DNA of 12,384 bases from Gemmatimonadota bacterium (GTDB lineage Bacteria; Gemmatimonadota; Gemmatimonadetes; Longimicrobiales; Gaopeijiaceae), in assembly GCA_039589315.1 (NCBI GenBank), contig JBDHHQ010000140.1, positions 1-12,384 on the forward strand, given 5' to 3'. Below, piece after piece: positions 7,731 through 12,384 of the stretch. Each line of letters begins with the position of its first letter. Positions within the stretch are counted from its first letter, which is position 1. The notes below the pieces were generated by a model that did no database searches, was not told where the DNA came from, and worked only from the letters and a program-made list of their open reading frames with translations. The translations under genes were made by a program, and so were the position numbers.

Positions 7731-8879
7731 ATGAGCCGGTGGCGGGGAGCTGTCCCGGGGCTGTGCGGGCGCCTCAGCGTGATGTTGGCTCTGACCATCC
7801 TGGCTGGACCGCTGCAGGGCCAGGAGCTGTCGCTGAAGCGTGCGCTGCCGGACCCCAGTCCCGGTGGGTGCGCCGTGCTGCCGAGCTTCGCTCCGGTGCC
7901 CCCCTCCGATGCCGACGGCGAGGAAGCCGACCGCCTCGCTGCGGCGGCGACGCAAGCGGCGATCCTGGGCGACCAGGAGGGAGCTCGCGACTTCCTGGAG
8001 CGCGCAGCGGGCCTCGACCCCACGGACGATGGGATCGCCTACGAGCTGGCCCGCACCTATGAGGCCCTCGGCCGCGACTCGGACGCCGTAATCGCCTACT
8101 GCAAATTCCTGGTGCTGGCCCCCGGCTCGCCCGACGCACAGGACGTGCGCGCGACCGTGCTCGAGTTGAACCCGCCGGACACGCCCTTGTCTCCGCAGGC
8201 CCAGCTCGCGTTCGCCCGGGGGGTGGACGCCTTCGACGGGGACGACATGGACGAGGCCGGGCGTGAGTTCACGATGGCGCTCACCGCCGAGCCGAACATG
8301 GCGCTCGCCTACTACAATCGGGCGCTCGCGTACTCGGCGGAGCGCCGGTACGAGCTGGCCATCGAGGACTTCCGCCGGTACCTGGACCTGGCTCCAGACG
8401 CGTCCGATGCCGATCAGGTGCTGGAGCGAATCGGGACGCTCAGGAGTCCTCCCGCCGTCTACAATCCGACGACCGCGCTTGTCGCCGGCGCCTTCATCCC
8501 TGGCTTCGGGCAGTTCCACACCGACAGGCCCGTGGGAGGGTTGACGGTCCTCACCCTGGCGGCCGCCGCGGCTGGATTCGGCATCGCCTATACCGAGACC
8601 GAGATCATCTGCGCGACGCCGGCCAACCCCTGCCCTCCAGGACAGGTCATCGACCAGACCTCGACCCAGCCATTGCTCGTGCCGGGTCTGGTGACGGCGG
8701 CCGCGATCACCATCGGGGCGGCCATCGAGGGGTACATCAATGCCAAGCGGAGAAACGCCGAGGCGGCTGGCGTCGGTGGCCAGATCGGCCAACAAGCGGG
8801 CCCGACCTGGCTTCCGCCGGCCGTTGGCGCGACCACGGACGGTCGCGTAGCCCTGGAGTTGGTGCGCCTCCGCTTCTGA
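7731..8879 (+). CDS. Exported tetratricopeptide-repeat protein with C-terminal membrane hairpin (DUF5683-like), 382 aa
   Basis: ATG 7731 begins a signal peptide (MSRWRGAVPGLCGRLSVMLALTILAGPLQG-Q). TPR motifs: ARDFLERAAGLDP, IAYELARTYEALGRDSDAVIAYCKFLVLAP, AYYNRALAYSAERRYELAIEDFRRYLDLAP. These are followed by ALVAGAFIPGFGQF, two hydrophobic helices and a terminal Phe. Confidence 0.88.
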   Translation: MSRWRGAVPGLCGRLSVMLALTILAGPLQGQELSLKRALPDPSPGGCAVLPSFAPVPPSDADGEEADRLAAAATQAAILGDQEGARDFLERAAGLDPTDDGIAYELARTYEALGRDSDAVIAYCKFLVLAPGSPDAQDVRATVLELNPPDTPLSPQAQLAFARGVDAFDGDDMDEAGREFTMALTAEPNMALAYYNRALAYSAERRYELAIEDFRRYLDLAPDASDADQVLERIGTLRSPPAVYNPTTALVAGAFIPGFGQFHTDRPVGGLTVLTLAAAAAGFGIAYTETEIICATPANPCPPGQVIDQTSTQPLLVPGLVTAAAITIGAAIEGYINAKRRNAEAAGVGGQIGQQAGPTWLPPAVGATTDGRVALELVRLRF

Positions 8880-8982
8880 CCACCGCACGTCTACAGCGCT
8901 GAAGAGCCCAGGAAGAACCGTCTCCGCCGGCGGATTCCACCGTCCCCCGAGGTAGCCGGTCCCTGTGGCATCGGCGCCCGAT

Positions 8983-9000
8983 TGTTGCGTTTCTGCAACA
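8983..9000. promoter_or_regulatory. Palindromic candidate transcription-factor site TGTTGC-N6-GCAACA
   Basis: Perfect 6-bp inverted repeat with a 6-nt spacer, in a relatively AT-rich intergenic patch about 135 nt upstream of the first lipoprotein gene. Confidence 0.45.
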
Positions 9001-9134
9001 GACCGGCGGCACCCTGGCCGGGGGCCGCGCCGAAAGCCCGCGAGCAAGGCCCCGGGGGGCGATCTCTCGTGGATCTCCGGGGACCCGTCGACTGTACACT
9101 GCAGGTCGTCTCACTCGCGCGTTCCTGACGGAGG

Positions 9135-10163
9135 ATGTCACGATCCGTCCCGGTATTCCGTGGATCACGTTCCGGACGAGGGTTCACCTTCCGTTCCTCT
9201 TCACGCTCCTCGTGGTGGTGCTGGCGTGCGAGAGCACGTCGACCCAGCTGGCGAGCGTGGCGTCCGTTTCCGTCATCCCTCCCTCATCCCAGATGGTCAC
9301 CGGCGAAACGGTGCAATTCAGGGCCGAGCTCCGGGATCAGGCAGGGAACTTGCTGGGAGGTCGTGCGGTCTCGTGGACCACCAGCGCTGGGTCCGTAGTG
9401 ACGGTTTCTCCGGACGGCGCCGCGACGGCGGTGGGTTCCGGCAGCGCGACGGTGACGGCCACGAGCGAAGGCAGGAGCGGGTCCGCCCAGGTCTCCGTGC
9501 GGTCGCAGGCGAGCATTCGCCTGAGCGGCGCTGATCTGTCCTTCGAAGCGACGCGCGGTGGGGCGGACCCGAGCTCCGAACAGATCACGATCACGAACTC
9601 GGCGGAGGCACCACTGGTGAACCTGGCGACGTCGGTCACCTACGTAGAGGGCGCGGCCGGTTGGCTGGTGACGAGCTTGAGCTCCACCCAGGCACCCAGC
9701 ACCCTGACGCTCTCGGCGTCGGTGGTGGGGGTGTCTTCCGGGACCCATCGGGCCCGGGTCGACGTGACGTCGCCCGTTGCGGGCAACAGCCCCCAGAGCG
9801 TGACCGTGACCTTCCAGGTGGTGGAGCCGCCGCCCGTGATCCAGCTGAGCACTGAACGGGTGGAGCTCGAGGCGCCCGAAGACGGTGACCATCACGAACG
9901 CGGGCGGAGGCGGGCTGGCGGGGTTGACGGCCGACATCGAGTACACGGCGGGTCAACCGGTCGGGTGGCTCGAGGCCATCGTCACGGCGGCCGAGGCGCC
10001 CAGCACGCTCGAAGTCGCGGCCACGGCGGGAGCCCTGGCGCCGGACACCTTTACGGCCCGTGTCTCCGTGTCCGCTCCCGAGGCCACGAACAGCCCGCAG
10101 GATGTGACCGTCATCTTCACGCCCCGTGAGACCCAGCGCACAGGGGAGTCTGCTAGCCGGTGA
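9135..10163 (+). pseudogene. Frameshifted surface lipoprotein gene: lipoprotein signal + Big_2 Ig domain + two BACON-like Ig domains
   Basis: The coding signal is split across frames. The main block (ORF 9212..10129 frame, valid ~9183-9880) reads VHLPFLFTLLVVVLAC-ES, a Big_2 domain (VSWTTSAGSVVTVSPDGAATAVGSGSATVTATSEG) and one BACON-like repeat. The second repeat continues in the 9885..10163 frame (TVTITNAGGGGL...GWL...NSPQDVTVIFT). The nearby ATG (9135) is out of frame. The breaks may be sequence errors rather than true decay. Confidence 0.75.
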
Positions 10164-11170
10164 GACCCAAGCCCCGCGGCCGACCGAAGGGGCCAGGACG
10201 AGTCACGATCGCCCGCATGGCCCTCCTCTCCACCGCAATCCTGTGGTCCTGTGAATCCGTCAAGGTGACCACCCCGGACGTGGCCGATGTCGTCGTCAGT
10301 CCCGACAGCGCGACGCTTCTGCCAGGTGAGTCGATGCAGCTGACGGTGCGGGTCCTGGATGCGGGCGGAAACGCCTTGTCCGGGCTCGACGTTGGCTGGA
10401 CCACCTCCGACGCGGGCGTGGCCACAGTTTCGGAGCTGGGCCTCGTAGACGCGGTGGCGCGGGGCACGGCCAGCATCCGGGCCTCGGTGGACGGGCAGAC
10501 CGGCACCGCCTCCGTGCGAGTGGTCACGGGACCCGCCATCGCTCTCGAGCCGGGTGCGGTGACCTTCACCGCTGTCGAGGGTGACCCTCCTCCCCCTGCC
10601 CAGACCGTGGCGATCACGAATGGCGGCGCCGGCACTCTGGACGGCCTCACGACGGTGGCTGCCTACGCCGCTGGCGCCGAGGGCTGGCTCGATGCGTCGT
10701 TGTCGACGACCACTGCCCCCGCGCAGCTGCGGCTCAACCCTGCGGTCGAGGGCTTGGGGCCGGGCACGTATCGGGCCACCATCACCGTGTCGTCCGCCGC
10801 GGCCGACAACAGTCCCGTCTCGCTGCCCGTGACGTTGGCGGTGTCGGAGCGGCCCCCCAGCATCGGCCTGGATCCCGCCAGCGTGGGCTTCGGCGCCATC
10901 GAGGGAGAGAGCGATCCGAACCCCAGGGAGGTGCAGATCACCAACCAGGGCGGCGGATCCCTGACCGGCCTGACCCGGGAGATCGTCTATGGAGGTGGCC
11001 CCCAGGGCTGGCTCGAGGCCACGCTGTCGGGTACCACGGCACCGACAACGCTGATCCTGCAACCTCGCACGGGCACCCTGCCCGACGAGGAATACTCCGC
11101 GGTCGTGCGGGTCGCGGCTCCTGTGGCCGCGAACAGTCCCCAGGAGGTTGCAGTGACCTTTACGGTGGGC
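9511..11170 (+). repeat. Four diverged ~105-aa BACON-like Ig repeats shared by the two lipoprotein genes (boundaries approximate)
   Basis: The pattern ITN...L..L.....Y..G..GWL...L....AP..L.L...NSP..V.VT(F/L) recurs twice in each gene. Confidence 0.75.
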
Positions 11171-11995
11171 GAGCCGCCGCCCACCGACGTGGCCGTCGAA
11201 AAGACGGGTCCGGCACGCGCAACGATCGGAGACGAGGTCGAGTACGTCATCACCGTGCGGAACCTCGGGTCGGCCCTTGCCGTCGACATCGTCGTAACGG
11301 ATGACCTTCCAGCAGCGGTACGCTTCGTCGGCGCCTCCGACGGGGGTTCCGAGCAGGAGGGGGTTGTAACCTGGCCTGTCATCGAGCGCCTCGCGCCGGG
11401 CGACGCCGTGGAGCGCCGACTCCTCGTCGATGCGCCCACTGTGGGTGAGCTGCTCAACGTCGCCCACAGTACCGCGCGGTCCGACGACCCGAACCCGTCG
11501 AACAACGACGGCTCCGCGCCCGCCAGTCGCGTCTCGACGATCGTGGACTATCCGCCGCTGGGGCTGGAGCGGGTCGCCGCCGTTCGGACTGGGGCTGAGC
11601 GGTGGGGGCGTGGTGTCGGGGACGCCGAGCGGGTCGGGGACGACGAGCTTCGACGCGACGGTGACGAGCGGCGACGGCCAGACGGAGACGGCGTCGCTGG
11701 AGATCACGGTGTATCCGGCGCTGGCGATCACGACGGGCTCGCCGCTGGCGGACGGGACGCTGGGGGTGGCGTACAGCGAGACGCTGAGCGCGACGGGCGG
11801 GACGGGCAGCTACGGCTGGAGCGGGTCGCCGCCGTTCGGGCTGAGCCTGAGCGCCGGGGGCGTGGTATCGGGGACGCCCGTGTCGACGGGCACGGCGAGC
11901 TTCAACGCGACGGTGACGAGCGGGAGCGGCCAGGCGGCGCAGAGCGAGACCCAGTCGTTCGAGATCACGGTGGGGTGGGCGAACCCGGTCTCTAG
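10160..11995 (+). CDS. Surface lipoprotein/adhesin-like protein: Big_2 + two BACON-like + DUF11 domains, frameshifted at ~11561 before He_PIG repeats
   Basis: AGGGGAG SD-like sequence at 10142-10148 precedes GTG 10160. The N-terminus is basic and followed by ALLSTAILWSC-ES. Domains: Big_2 (WTTSDAGVATVSELGLVDAVARGTASIRASVDG), two ~105-aa repeats, and DUF11 (DVAVEKTGPARATIGDEVEYVITVRNLG...VVTDDLP...DPNPSNN). After YPPL (11560) the annotated frame becomes low-complexity, and the real coding continues in another frame. Confidence 0.85.
   Translation: MRPKPRGRPKGPGRVTIARMALLSTAILWSCESVKVTTPDVADVVVSPDSATLLPGESMQLTVRVLDAGGNALSGLDVGWTTSDAGVATVSELGLVDAVARGTASIRASVDGQTGTASVRVVTGPAIALEPGAVTFTAVEGDPPPPAQTVAITNGGAGTLDGLTTVAAYAAGAEGWLDASLSTTTAPAQLRLNPAVEGLGPGTYRATITVSSAAADNSPVSLPVTLAVSERPPSIGLDPASVGFGAIEGESDPNPREVQITNQGGGSLTGLTREIVYGGGPQGWLEATLSGTTAPTTLILQPRTGTLPDEEYSAVVRVAAPVAANSPQEVAVTFTVGEPPPTDVAVEKTGPARATIGDEVEYVITVRNLGSALAVDIVVTDDLPAAVRFVGASDGGSEQEGVVTWPVIERLAPGDAVERRLLVDAPTVGELLNVAHSTARSDDPNPSNNDGSAPASRVSTIVDYPPLGLERVAAVRTGAERWGRGVGDAERVGDDELRRDGDERRRPDGDGVAGDHGVSGAGDHDGLAAGGRDAGGGVQRDAERDGRDGQLRLERVAAVRAEPERRGRGIGDARVDGHGELQRDGDERERPGGAERDPVVRDHGGVGEPGL
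11562..11972 (+). repeat. Tandem He_PIG (putative Ig) repeats, 252-nt period; out-of-frame C-terminal part of the 10160 gene
   Basis: GGCTGGAGCGGGTCGCCGCCGTTCGG occurs at 11562 and 11814. Translation gives GWSGSPPFGLxLSxGGVVSGTPxxxGTxSFxATVTSG twice, linked by LAITTGSPLADGTLGVAYSETLSATGGTGSY, typical of He_PIG/cadherin-like Ig domains. Confidence 0.8.
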
Positions 11996-12363
11996 ACGTT
12001 GCGAAGGCATTCCGTTCAGTAAGGTAGACAGTGTACAGTGAAGGATAGTGCCTGAAAGGAATCAGGAAGGCCTCCTGGTGCTCGAAAGGGTGTGAAGTGA
12101 GGGTTTTGCTCTTCCCGAGAGTTGCCGTACATACCGCCGCGATTCTGCTGTCGCTCGGCGGCCAGGGGGCGTACGTCCAGGCGGAAGCTCACCCCCGGCA
12201 CCCTCCGGAAGCCGTTGCGCTCGGCCATGTCCAACCGACCCCCCTCGACCATCTGCTCGATTCAGCGTTTCAAGAGACCGGCCTTCTCCCGGGGATCATC
12301 CAGGACTCCGCTGGCCAGGCTCGCGCCGAGGAGGTCCGTGCCACCCAGGCCAGGGAGGCCCAG

Positions 12364-12384
12364 ATGGCGGACACGGACCGGGAC
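12364..12384 (+). CDS. Probable start of the next gene (MADTDRD...), truncated by the window edge; product unknown
   Basis: GGAGG at 12354-12358 lies 5 nt before ATG 12364, and the frame is open to the window end. Confidence 0.45.

Noticed and set aside
7332..9047. N-terminal 572 aa of the 1258-aa minus-strand ORF
   Set aside because: It is an antisense shadow of the TPR gene and intergenic DNA. The signal peptide starts at ATG 7331.
9868..11570. Programmed ribosomal frameshifting as the explanation for the frame breaks
   Set aside because: Comparison with sister repeats shows sequence is missing at both junctions, and no canonical slippery heptamer is present.
9953..11731. 592-aa minus-strand ORF
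   Set aside because: It is antisense to the lipoprotein genes, and its change of character at ~11561 simply mirrors the plus-strand frameshift.
11562..11925. Repeat pair as a CRISPR array or DGR template/variable repeat
   Set aside because: The copies are in-frame protein-domain repeats with a 252-nt period. Differences are not adenine-specific, and no reverse transcriptase or cas gene is present in the window.
12016..12252. 78-aa minus-strand ORF
   Set aside because: It has no recognisable motif and runs through atypical intergenic-like composition. It cannot be fully excluded.

Overview
High-GC bacterial DNA whose gene content and style are reminiscent of Gemmatimonadota (inference only). 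In order, the window holds: (1) the 3' part of an amidohydrolase-superfamily gene whose metal ligands appear lost; (2) a Trm112-like Zn-ribbon/class I SAM methyltransferase fusion; (3) a translationally coupled minus-strand pair, a secreted Ig-like + LVIVD beta-propeller protein followed by a fused MFS-like membrane/spermidine-synthase-like protein; (4) a divergent TPR protein with a C-terminal membrane hairpin, behind a sigma54-like promoter; (5) two tandem paralogous surface lipoprotein genes (Big_2 + BACON-like Ig repeats, the second also with DUF11 and He_PIG repeats); and (6) the start of a further gene at the right edge. The two lipoprotein genes carry several frame-breaking lesions that can be reconstructed from their own repeats, and the He_PIG block has extreme G-ending codon bias. 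No rRNA, tRNA, CRISPR array or mobile element was recognised. All family assignments are by eye from motifs; no searches were run.
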